This document shows, in pieces, positions 18,551 to 25,816 of a stretch of DNA of 64,000 bases. The stretch is from a phage: assembly GCA_009015555.1 (NCBI GenBank), contig GCA_009015555.1_3613.1. One strand, given 5' to 3'. The first letter of the stretch is position 1; every line of letters begins with the position of its first letter. Position numbers and translations under genes: made by a program. The notes beneath the pieces are model-generated. The model ran no database searches. It was not told the origin of the DNA and saw only the letters and a list, made by a program, of their open reading frames with translations.

Positions 18551-19201
18551 ATGAACGAAATGCTTATGCTTGGGCAGGCCAAAGCTAAAGCTGGCCTGGA
18601 TATTGATTTTGAAGACGCCGAGATTGGCAGCACCACGATTGTGGACAAGAACGGACATCCTTTCACACTCGTTGGTACTATCGCGACTGGTGGTGGGGTA
18701 GTCGAAGACCCCGAGGTAGGGAAGTGCTTCTACTTCCCCGGTACGGGATACTTCGAAACCCCTATGGTAAAGGACCTTCAACTCGCTGGAGTACCTGTCA
18801 TGATCGAGGCGGTATTTAAGTGGGACGGTGCCGCAGGAGGGTCTATCTGGGAGACTGGGAACTACCCCAGTGGACGACCACCAACACCCGGCATTTGCCT
18901 TAGTGTTGGTCAATACCCTGCTACGTACATCCAGTATTTCATGATGTATACCAACGGGTCTTGGGGCCGTGGCCTACCTCCAGCTACAACCTTCACCGGG
19001 GAATGGGAGACTGTAACCTTCCAACGGTCAAATGATGGAACGGGACCAATGGTTGTTTATCGCGACGGTGCCGAGTTCTCCAGGGTTGCCTTGGGTCCAA
19101 GCCCGATCGGTAATGGAAGCAAGCTGTCGGTTGGCGGGTCGTACACATACGGTGCCTATTGGAAGGGACGCCTGAAAAGTCTTAAAATTACACCACTCTA
19201 A
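18551..19201 (+). CDS. hypothetical protein with possible concanavalin/LamG-like fold
   Basis: GGAGGA RBS before ATG at 18551; C-terminal WKGRLKSLKI reminiscent of LamG domain ends; tentative. Confidence 0.45.
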   Translation: MNEMLMLGQAKAKAGLDIDFEDAEIGSTTIVDKNGHPFTLVGTIATGGGVVEDPEVGKCFYFPGTGYFETPMVKDLQLAGVPVMIEAVFKWDGAAGGSIWETGNYPSGRPPTPGICLSVGQYPATYIQYFMMYTNGSWGRGLPPATTFTGEWETVTFQRSNDGTGPMVVYRDGAEFSRVALGPSPIGNGSKLSVGGSYTYGAYWKGRLKSLKITPL

Positions 19202-19203
19202 CA

Positions 19204-19234
19204 AAAGGCCCTTGACGGGGCCTTTTTCTTTTTG
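19204..19234 (+). terminator. Rho-independent terminator
   Basis: aggcccttgacggggcct hairpin followed by ttttctttttg. Confidence 0.55.
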
Positions 19235-19269
19235 TAAGATCGCTTTACTTTAACTGAGAGGAGAGAGAT

Positions 19270-20160
19270 ATGATTCGTGCATATTTAGGCGGAAGTCAGT
19301 TGGACATCGAGTTCAGCACATTTGCCGGGGGCGAGAGAAACGTCCTCATCAAGGGTTTCCAATGGCCCAGTCCGTTCAATGCGGATCTGAAAGAGAAGAT
19401 GCCAGAAGGTAAAGACCTTGTTGTCTACGCCCATGTTGACAGTTCAGATGCCATCATGGACCTGCTGCTGTTTACCGACGCATTCAACCGCATGGGTCGA
19501 GGCACAGGCAACCAGGTGAAGAAGGTCTGTTATGTGCCATACATCCCGTATGCCCGTCAAGACCGAGTGATGGTTCCTGGAGAACCGCTGTCGTCGGCAG
19601 TGTTTGGAACACTTATCAACCTGTGTGGATTTGACCGTATCATTGTTGATGACCCGCACTCAGATGTGTCTCCGTCACACATCAAGAACGTTGCCATTTT
19701 CGAACAATATGAACTGGCCTTGGATATTCTTGGCCCGGGCTTCTTCGACGATGCCGTTATCGTAGCTCCGGACGCCGGGGCAATCAAGAAGGTCACGAAG
19801 TTGGCTCAGAAGGTCAACCACCGTGAAATCGGGGTTGGGACCAAGCATCGTGACCTTATGACCAATAACATCACTGACACGACTTATGCCGGGCCGGATG
19901 TTAATGGTAAGCGTGTCATCATGGTTGATGACATTTGCGACGGAGGTCGTACATTTATCGAGCTTGGTAAGGTTCTCCGTGCCAATGGTGCGAAAGAGGT
20001 TGTTCTGTACACCACGCACGGGATTTATTCCTACGGCGCGGATGTGTTTAAGGACGTTATTGATGAGGTTTACTCCGCCTATCCGTGGATGAAGAACCTG
20101 GAAGGCCGAAACGAAAATAATATTTTCAAATCTGTTGACAAGATGGTTGAGTTCAAGTAA
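19270..20160 (+). CDS. PRPP synthetase (Prs)-family phosphoribosyl-pyrophosphokinase; candidate ADP-ribose pyrophosphate synthetase (Adps) of a NARP1-type pathway
   Basis: Type I PRTase/Prs motif VIMVDDICDGGRTF and Prs-like N-terminal half (PYARQDR); strong RBS GAGGAGAGAGAT-ATG. Confidence 0.75.
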   Translation: MIRAYLGGSQLDIEFSTFAGGERNVLIKGFQWPSPFNADLKEKMPEGKDLVVYAHVDSSDAIMDLLLFTDAFNRMGRGTGNQVKKVCYVPYIPYARQDRVMVPGEPLSSAVFGTLINLCGFDRIIVDDPHSDVSPSHIKNVAIFEQYELALDILGPGFFDDAVIVAPDAGAIKKVTKLAQKVNHREIGVGTKHRDLMTNNITDTTYAGPDVNGKRVIMVDDICDGGRTFIELGKVLRANGAKEVVLYTTHGIYSYGADVFKDVIDEVYSAYPWMKNLEGRNENNIFKSVDKMVEFK

Positions 20161-20211
20161 TATTCACAACGTTCCGGGGCACATTGCCCCAATTTAACTG
20201 AGGAGATTTAT

Positions 20212-22002
20212 ATGTTACATAACGACCTGCCTATCCTGTTTGCTGACTGGTACAAACCGAGCCATATTTCCATGTACAGCAAACAGTCTGAGATCGTACA
20301 AGACAACATGACCCCACGCTCAAGCAAACACTTTCAGCACTTTTCTGACAGTGACCAGCGCGTCATGTCTGCTGGCCTGCAAGGCTTTATTAAGTGGTTC
20401 CTGATTGAACACTTCAACCGTGAGTTCTTCGGTCGTCCGAAGGAAGAAGTTATCGGGGAGTTCAAAGAGATCTGTGACCTGGCGATCGGCCCAGACATGG
20501 TTGAAACGTGGGGCTTCGAAAAGCTGCATGACCTGGGCTATCTGCCTGTTGAAATCCGCGCCCTGCCGGAAGGTACTCTTTCTCCGGTACAAGTGCCTCT
20601 GTTCACAATTCAGAACACGCACCCGGACTTCTACTGGCTTCCTAACTACCTGGAGTCAGTGATCTCCTCTGAAAACTGGAAAACCGTAACTACGGCAACC
20701 ATTTTCTGGCAGTATCGTAAGCTGGCTGAACTGTGGGCGCAGAAAACCTGCGACAACAACCTGCACGTCCCGTTCCAGATTCATTGCTTCGCTTATCGCG
20801 GCCAGGCTGGCACTCACGATGCGGCCCAGTCTGAACTGGGACAACTGATGAACTCTCAGGGCACCGACACCATCCCGGCGATCCTGTATGCAAACCGTTA
20901 TTACGGTATGAAAGGCAAGTTCGTATCCGGCTCCATCCCGGCATCCGAGCACAGCGTTGCAACAACGAACATCGGGTTCATCATCGGACGCCTCCGTTCT
21001 GAGCATCCGGAAATGTCGCTGGATGACCTGCGTTTCCACGCAGAAGTCGAGTTCCTGCGCCGATACATCACTGAAATCTTCCCGAAAGGTTTCGTGTCTT
21101 ATGTCGGCGACAGTTATGACTGGTTCCGCCTGATCACTCAGGGTGTTCGTATCCTGAAAGACGAAATCATGGCCCGTGATGGTCGTGTGGTATTCCGCCC
21201 GGATTCCGGCGTACCGGAAGACATCATCTGCGGCACACTGGACTGGCGTAAGATTGAAGACCTCGACACGGCAGGTACTCTGGAACGCGCTGCCAATTGG
21301 GCACTGGAAAGTGCCGAAGATGAAGTTCGTGAGAACACCCCGCACGGTGAATGCGGTGATGAATCCGTTGAACGTTACTTCCTGTTCGATGGCGATCTGT
21401 ACCTGATGAAGGGTGAGATTGACTGGAACCGTCACGACAAAACGTATTACTACATCGACGGTCGCCGTGTTCTGTCTTACGAAAAGGCAGAACTCACTGA
21501 TGAGCAGAAAGGTTCTGTTGAACTGCTGTACGATGTGTTCGGTGGCGACCTGAACTCCAAAGGCTATCGTACTCTGGACACCCACGTCGGCCTGATTTAC
21601 GGTGACTCCATCACCGTTGCTCGCGCCAAAGAGATCTTCGAGCGCCTGGAAGCAAAAGGCTTTGCATCGAACAACGTTGTGTTCGGTGTCGGTTCCTTCA
21701 CCACCCAGTTCAACACTCGTGATTCTCTGGGTCAGGCAGTCAAGGCGACAGGCGCGGTTATTGACGGTCAGCAGATCATGGTCGTCAAAGAGCCTAAGAC
21801 CGACCTCGGCAAGAAGTCTGCTCAGGGCTTCCTGAAGGTTGTTCGTGGTGAAGACGGTGAACTGAAGCTGGTTGATAACCTCCAACTGGAGCAAGTCAAC
21901 GATACCGACAATGAACTGCGTGTGGTTTTCCGTGACGGCGTTCTGCTGGTTGACGAAACGCTGACTGAAATCCGTGAGCGTGTCACAGCAAACCTGAAAT
22001 AA
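20212..22002 (+). CDS. Nicotinamide phosphoribosyltransferase (NAMPT/NadV) family protein; candidate nicotinamide ADPR transferase (Namat)
   Basis: 596-aa NAMPT-family translation immediately downstream of the Prs-like gene; RBS GAGGAG; no NMN adenylyltransferase seen in window. Confidence 0.8.
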   Translation: MLHNDLPILFADWYKPSHISMYSKQSEIVQDNMTPRSSKHFQHFSDSDQRVMSAGLQGFIKWFLIEHFNREFFGRPKEEVIGEFKEICDLAIGPDMVETWGFEKLHDLGYLPVEIRALPEGTLSPVQVPLFTIQNTHPDFYWLPNYLESVISSENWKTVTTATIFWQYRKLAELWAQKTCDNNLHVPFQIHCFAYRGQAGTHDAAQSELGQLMNSQGTDTIPAILYANRYYGMKGKFVSGSIPASEHSVATTNIGFIIGRLRSEHPEMSLDDLRFHAEVEFLRRYITEIFPKGFVSYVGDSYDWFRLITQGVRILKDEIMARDGRVVFRPDSGVPEDIICGTLDWRKIEDLDTAGTLERAANWALESAEDEVRENTPHGECGDESVERYFLFDGDLYLMKGEIDWNRHDKTYYYIDGRRVLSYEKAELTDEQKGSVELLYDVFGGDLNSKGYRTLDTHVGLIYGDSITVARAKEIFERLEAKGFASNNVVFGVGSFTTQFNTRDSLGQAVKATGAVIDGQQIMVVKEPKTDLGKKSAQGFLKVVRGEDGELKLVDNLQLEQVNDTDNELRVVFRDGVLLVDETLTEIRERVTANLK

Positions 22003-22006
22003 TTTC

Positions 22007-22029
22007 AGCCGCCCTTCGGGGCGGTTTTT
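22007..22029 (+). terminator. Rho-independent terminator
   Basis: agccgcccttcggggcggttttt immediately after NAMPT-like stop. Confidence 0.7.
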
Positions 22030-22047
22030 AACTATCCGGAGGATGAA

Positions 22048-22206
22048 ATGAAACTGAATGAATCTCAGTATCTGGCGGCAAGAAAGGCGTTTGTGGAAAA
22101 TTCCGTATTCGATAATATCCGTATGTGGGTGGAAGATGGGCAAATGTCAGAGGATGAGCTTCGGGTGTTGATTGGAGAGATCTTCGCTCCCGTGGAGGTA
22201 GAATGA
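22048..22206 (+). CDS. small hypothetical protein (52 aa)
   Basis: ATG with GGAGGATGAA RBS; not in ORF track (<60 aa). Confidence 0.3.
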   Translation: MKLNESQYLAARKAFVENSVFDNIRMWVEDGQMSEDELRVLIGEIFAPVEVE

Positions 22207-22394
22207 GAAACCCAGTTGCACGAAACGACTTTAACCGGGCAGCAACGCACCCAGATCGCTCTAAGCGGCCTCAAAAGACTGTAGACGAGGGTTTGCTCGA
22301 CTACTTTGCAGAAAACGCTGAGAACGTCGCATACAGCGAATATGAACGTGCCTCTACAAACGCTCCGGGCGCTCCCCTTCCACCCGGGCGTTGA
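22203..22394 (+). CDS. hypothetical protein (63 aa)
   Basis: ORF with ATGA overlap to upstream small ORF. Confidence 0.3.
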   Translation: MRNPVARNDFNRAATHPDRSKRPQKTVDEGLLDYFAENAENVAYSEYERASTNAPGAPLPPGR

Positions 22395-22453
22395 CTATCA
22401 TTAAGTCCTCCAGTAAAATGACCATATCACTTGATTAACTTACTGTTGGACTT

Positions 22454-22705
22454 ATGAATCCCTATAAACTCACTCTCAGCTTTATCACCCCTGATTACAC
22501 TTCTGAAGAACATTGTGAGCATTACCCTACCCTTCAAGACGCTCTCGATGACGCCGACGATTTAGCTTTCAGTACCGTCGGATTCCCTCTTGAGGATTGG
22601 CAAAGTGTTGACTTTGGTGAAGGTAATTACTTATACTCGTTTTACCCGAACGAGGTTGATAAAACCTCTCGCTATAAACTGGCAATCCTGAAGGAGGAAG
22701 TTTGA
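22454..22705 (+). CDS. small highly acidic protein (83 aa)
   Basis: Asp/Glu-rich composition (e.g. DALDDADDLAF, EDWQSVDFGEG). Confidence 0.45.
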   Translation: MNPYKLTLSFITPDYTSEEHCEHYPTLQDALDDADDLAFSTVGFPLEDWQSVDFGEGNYLYSFYPNEVDKTSRYKLAILKEEV

Positions 22706-22938
22706 GAAAGTTCCATTACTTAGTCACCATCGACCTGGATGATGACCACCTTGAGCAGATGGTTAAGGACCAGCCTGACCTTATCGACTGCGAGACGTTC
22801 GAAGGAGTAGCCCCGGAAAACTTCGTAAGTGTTTTCGCAGAGAAGATGACCGAAGGTATTGACGAGGCTTTACAAGAAGGTCTCGGTGACGCTGGCAACA
22901 GCAAAGTTAAAACTATTTTCGCAGGAGAATGCAAATGA
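22702..22938 (+). CDS. small highly acidic protein (78 aa)
   Basis: Asp/Glu-rich (TIDLDDDHLEQMVKDQPDLIDCETFEG); ATGA-coupled to upstream acidic ORF. Confidence 0.45.
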   Translation: MRKFHYLVTIDLDDDHLEQMVKDQPDLIDCETFEGVAPENFVSVFAEKMTEGIDEALQEGLGDAGNSKVKTIFAGECK

Positions 22939-23161
22939 ACAGCACCGAATTAGTGATCGGCTACGGAGAAGGCATTCGTAGCGAAGAGGACTGGGGAGTT
23001 TTCGATGAGCGCCCGGACCTTTAATCACCTGCCGGGGGCGGATGACCCCCGGAACCACGAATATAAGGGATACATCTGCCTTTGTTTTGTGTGCGGAAAC
23101 AAATATCTTGGTCCAAAACGCTCGGTTATGTGCAATCTTTGTGCAAACGGTAAAAAGCCTG

Positions 23162-23190
23162 TTGACAAAGAGTAGAGCTACAGGTAATCT
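23162..23190 (+). promoter_or_regulatory. Candidate sigma70-type promoter upstream of tRNA array
   Basis: TTGACA at 23162-23167, 17-nt spacer, TAATCT at 23185-23190. Confidence 0.4.
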
Positions 23191-23477
23191 GAATATGTCC
23201 CGAACGAGATGACAATCAAGTAGGTGGATGGATAAGTCAACCCGGTCTGTTAAACGACCAAAGTGCCATTGCGGTTCGGGTTGAGTTCAGCCGGATAAAC
23301 AGCGGCTCCATCGACGGCCTCTGGAATAGCGACGGTTGCTTCAGGTCTCACGACCACCCGTTACGTGAAACACGCTTTTGCTGGACGAGAAGGGGAAGTC
23401 AACCCCACGGGCATACGTCCTCTGCCCATTTCTCCCTCCCCCGGAGCGTAACAACTACCGGACTTGCTGGGAGACTT

Positions 23478-23553
23478 GCTGGATTAGCTCAGTAGGTAGA
23501 GCGCCTCACTTGTAATGAGGATGTCGCGGGTTCGATTCCTGCATCCAGCACCA
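23478..23553 (+). tRNA. tRNA-Thr (anticodon TGT)
   Basis: Cloverleaf read by eye: acceptor gctggat/atccagc, anticodon loop cttgtaa, T-loop ttcgatt, CCA encoded. Confidence 0.8.
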
Positions 23554-23559
23554 GATCAT

Positions 23560-23636
23560 GCAACGTTGCCGGAGTCTGGTAACGGCTCTCGCTGCAAACG
23601 AGATGAGCACTGGTTCGAATCCAGTACGTTGCTCCA
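23560..23636 (+). tRNA. tRNA-Cys (anticodon GCA)
   Basis: Acceptor gcaacgt/acgttgc, anticodon stem tctcg/cgaga, loop ctgcaaa, T-loop ttcgaat, CCA. Confidence 0.75.
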
Positions 23637-23637
23637 A

Positions 23638-23714
23638 GCGCCTTTGGTCCAATTGGTAGAGGCACTACATTCAAAATGTAGGGGTTCCCAGTTCGAATCT
23701 GGGAAGGCGCACCA
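23638..23714 (+). tRNA. tRNA with CAA anticodon (Leu by anticodon) but short variable arm
   Basis: Acceptor gcgcctt/aaggcgc, anticodon stem ctaca/tgtag, loop ttcaaaa, T-arm cccag-ttcgaat-ctggg, CCA; only 5-nt variable region. Confidence 0.6.
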
Positions 23715-23730
23715 AAATTTATGTAACCTA

Positions 23731-23759
23731 TTGACATAGTGTAATTATACTGCTAATAT
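23731..23759 (+). promoter_or_regulatory. Sigma70-type promoter for the small gene embedded in the tRNA array
   Basis: TTGACA 23731-23736, 17-nt spacer, TAATAT 23754-23759, then RBS and ATG at 23786. Confidence 0.6.
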
Positions 23760-23785
23760 GGATACACTAATTCAATGGGGGCATT

Positions 23786-24160
23786 ATGAGCAAGGCTGCG
23801 ATTGTAACTCGTAAGCGTGGTCGCCCAAGCAAAGAAGAGAGCACAGCAATCGCCCTTGAAAAGGCAATGCTTGATCTCCGAGGCGAATTGGCCCGTCTGA
23901 CGCCGAAGGCCATTCATACTCTCGAAAACCTGCTCACAACAGGCACAGAGAAAGTGAAGGAAACCACGGCGAAGTATATCCTTGAGCAGGCGAAAGAGGT
24001 TAACAACCTCTATACTGAAGAGGATAACGAAGACGACGCAGCAGGCGGCACAACATCTGCCTCTTCTGAAACTCACGCTGGTTCTTCTGACGAGATGAAA
24101 AATGCCATCCCGTTGACAACCCAGATTCGTGAGTATAAAGCAGTAGGCGAAGATGATTAA
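23786..24160 (+). CDS. small protein with AT-hook-like RKRGRPSK motif (124 aa)
   Basis: Own promoter, RBS and downstream hairpin; basic N-terminus, acidic Ser/Thr-rich C-terminus. Confidence 0.5.
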   Translation: MSKAAIVTRKRGRPSKEESTAIALEKAMLDLRGELARLTPKAIHTLENLLTTGTEKVKETTAKYILEQAKEVNNLYTEEDNEDDAAGGTTSASSETHAGSSDEMKNAIPLTTQIREYKAVGEDD

Positions 24161-24162
24161 CT

Positions 24163-24190
24163 GGAAGGCTCCCGAAGGAGCCTTTATTAG
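24163..24190 (+). terminator. Terminator-like hairpin
   Basis: aaggctcccgaaggagcctt hairpin followed by tattag (weak T tract). Confidence 0.4.
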
Positions 24191-24325
24191 AAGTTCTCTT
24201 TTGACGGGCACTTGTTAACGACCCGCAGAATGACGACGGTGTACAACGGCGTTTGATGGCGAGGAAGGTCTATAGGGATCAGCGCAGATCCTTGGATGTC
24301 AGGTGAGCCGTACAAAAGAGAATTT

Positions 24326-24413
24326 GGGGAGTTATTTCCGTAGAGGTAGCGGTGCAGACTGTAAATCTGTTGTCATTGCGACTCGGGTGGTTCGACTCCA
24401 TCACTCCCCACCA
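24326..24413 (+). tRNA. tRNA-Tyr (anticodon GTA), long variable arm
   Basis: Acceptor ggggagt/actcccc, anticodon loop ctgtaaa, T-loop ttcgact, CCA. Confidence 0.75.
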
Positions 24414-24419
24414 AATTAT

Positions 24420-24514
24420 AGTAGGATGGCTGAGTGGCTTAAAGCAGCATCTTGGAAAGGTGTCGGATCAGGTAACCCCTGGTCCCGGGAGTTCAAATCT
24501 CCCTCCTACTGCCA
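24420..24514 (+). tRNA. tRNA-Ser (anticodon GGA), long variable arm
   Basis: Acceptor agtagga/tcctact, anticodon loop cttggaa, T-loop ttcaaat, CCA. Confidence 0.7.
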
Positions 24515-24518
24515 GACC

Positions 24519-24595
24519 GGATCGTTAGCTCAATTGGTTAGAGCAAGGGACTTTTAATCCCGAGGTTCGGGGTTCGAGTCCCTGACGGTCCACCA
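24519..24595 (+). tRNA. tRNA-Lys (anticodon TTT)
   Basis: Acceptor ggatcgt/acggtcc, anticodon loop cttttaa, T-loop ttcgagt, CCA. Confidence 0.75.
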
Positions 24596-24760
24596 GAAAG
24601 GAAGAGGGTCCAAGCTGGTAATGCGAGAGGCGAGTCCTCAGACCAAAGCCCAGATGGAGGCCACCCTAAAGTCGTCCAACCGAAGGTCCCTGATTGAGTA
24701 ATACTTCCCCGCTTGTCGGGTACAGTTCTCAGTCACACCGGAAGGGGCGCACCCTATAAT

Positions 24761-24836
24761 TGACGGTGAGCATATAAGGACATGCGGGGGCCTGTTAAGT
24801 CCAGGATAGCTGGTTCGAATCCAGTACCGTCAGCCA
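24761..24836 (+). tRNA. tRNA-Asn (anticodon GTT)
   Basis: Acceptor tgacggt/accgtca, D-stem gcat/atgc, anticodon loop ctgttaa, T-loop ttcgaat, CCA. Confidence 0.7.
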
Positions 24837-24945
24837 ATTTGGTTCCGACAAGGTGACGGCGCACCCCGGAGCGACGCTGAAAGATGCAGGCCGACGAACA
24901 CATACGTGTACTTAATCAATAGTCATTGCGATGGCTATTCGTTAA

Positions 24946-25023
24946 GTCCTGGTAGACAAACTGGATAAAGTCACCACCCTTTCAAGGTGGGGTTTGAGGG
25001 TTCGATCCCCTCTCAGGACGCCA
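24946..25023 (+). tRNA. tRNA-Glu (anticodon TTC)
   Basis: Acceptor gtcctgg/tcaggac, anticodon stem ccacc/ggtgg, loop ctttcaa, T-loop ttcgatc, CCA. Confidence 0.75.
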
Positions 25024-25117
25024 ATCTTTTAGGTCGGTAGATTAATGAGCAAAGGCCGCTCGCTGGATTCCAACCCCAGTTCAAGGCGTTCGATTCGTCA
25101 CCTTCCTGCCAAATTCA

Positions 25118-25193
25118 GGTCCTATGGTATTAGCGGTAAACATACTCGCCTGTCACGCGAGAGTCACGGGTTCGAATCCCGTTAGGACCGCCA
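25118..25193 (+). tRNA. tRNA-Asp (anticodon GTC)
   Basis: Acceptor ggtccta/taggacc, anticodon stem ctcgc/gcgag, loop ctgtcac, T-loop ttcgaat, CCA. Confidence 0.75.
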
Positions 25194-25200
25194 CTTCAAA

Positions 25201-25275
25201 TGGGGATTAGCTCAGGGGTAGAGCGCACAACTGATAATTGTGAGGTCGGTGGTTCGAAACCACCATCCCCAACCA
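25201..25275 (+). tRNA. tRNA-Ile (anticodon GAT)
   Basis: Acceptor tggggat/atcccca, D-arm gctc-aggggta-gagc, anticodon loop ctgataa, T-loop ttcgaaa, CCA. Confidence 0.75.
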
Positions 25276-25345
25276 AACAGCCCCTCCCGGGATTGGACCG
25301 GGTTAACGGCAATCGCACACTGAGGCGTCTTCCGGGGGAACAATA

Positions 25346-25422
<77 letters not shown>

Positions 25423-25428
25423 AATTAT

Positions 25429-25503
25429 TGCGAGGTAGTTCAGCGGTAGAACAGGGGTTTCATACGCCTCATGTCGGCAGTTCGATTCTGCCCTTCGCAA
25501 CCA
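25429..25503 (+). tRNA. tRNA-Met (anticodon CAT; initiator, elongator or Ile-lysidine type not distinguished)
   Basis: Acceptor tgcgagg/cttcgca, anticodon loop ttcatac, T-loop ttcgatt, CCA. Confidence 0.7.
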
Positions 25504-25509
25504 AATCAT

Positions 25510-25587
25510 GCTCCAGTAGCCCAATTGGTAGAGGCACTTGATTTAGGATCATGTCAGCGATGAGTTCGAATCTCTCCTGGAGTACCA
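25510..25587 (+). tRNA. tRNA with TAG anticodon (Leu by anticodon), short variable arm, weak T-stem
   Basis: Acceptor gctccag/ctggagt, anticodon stem cttga/tcatg, loop tttagga, T-loop ttcgaat with only ~3 bp T-stem, CCA. Confidence 0.5.
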
Positions 25588-25593
25588 CATAAA

Positions 25594-25667
25594 GCGGGCA
25601 TGGTATAGTGGTTGTGCCTTAGCCTTCCAAGCTAATGAGTCCGGTTCGATCCCGGATGTCCGCTCCA
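25594..25667 (+). tRNA. tRNA-Gly (anticodon TCC)
   Basis: Acceptor gcgggca/tgtccgc, anticodon stem ttagc/gctaa, loop cttccaa, T-loop ttcgatc, CCA. Confidence 0.75.
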
Positions 25668-25740
25668 ATTCACGGTGAGTCACTGCCGTTAAGTGTGAAG
25701 TTAAAAATGCCCGTGGTGATCGGGTTATCTCACCCAGTGT

Positions 25741-25816
25741 AGGGGATTAGTTTAATTGGTAAAACATCGGGTTTTGATCCCGACATCGCGAGGTTCGAAT
25801 CCTCCATCCCCCGCCA
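25741..25816 (+). tRNA. tRNA-Gln (anticodon TTG)
   Basis: Acceptor aggggat/atccccc (A1-C72 mismatch), anticodon stem tcggg/cccga, loop ttttgat, T-loop ttcgaat, CCA. Confidence 0.7.

Noticed and set aside
20656-22143. 495-aa minus-strand ORF spanning the NAMPT-like gene
   Set aside because: Antisense to a gene with strong family-level similarity, RBS and terminator; the translation is low-complexity and lacks RBS/context; typical antisense artefact
25024-25117. Possible additional tRNA in the spacer containing ggcgttcgattcgtcacc
   Set aside because: A T-loop-like ttcgatt is present but I could not build a consistent acceptor/anticodon stem set; left as an unassigned spacer rather than called a tRNA
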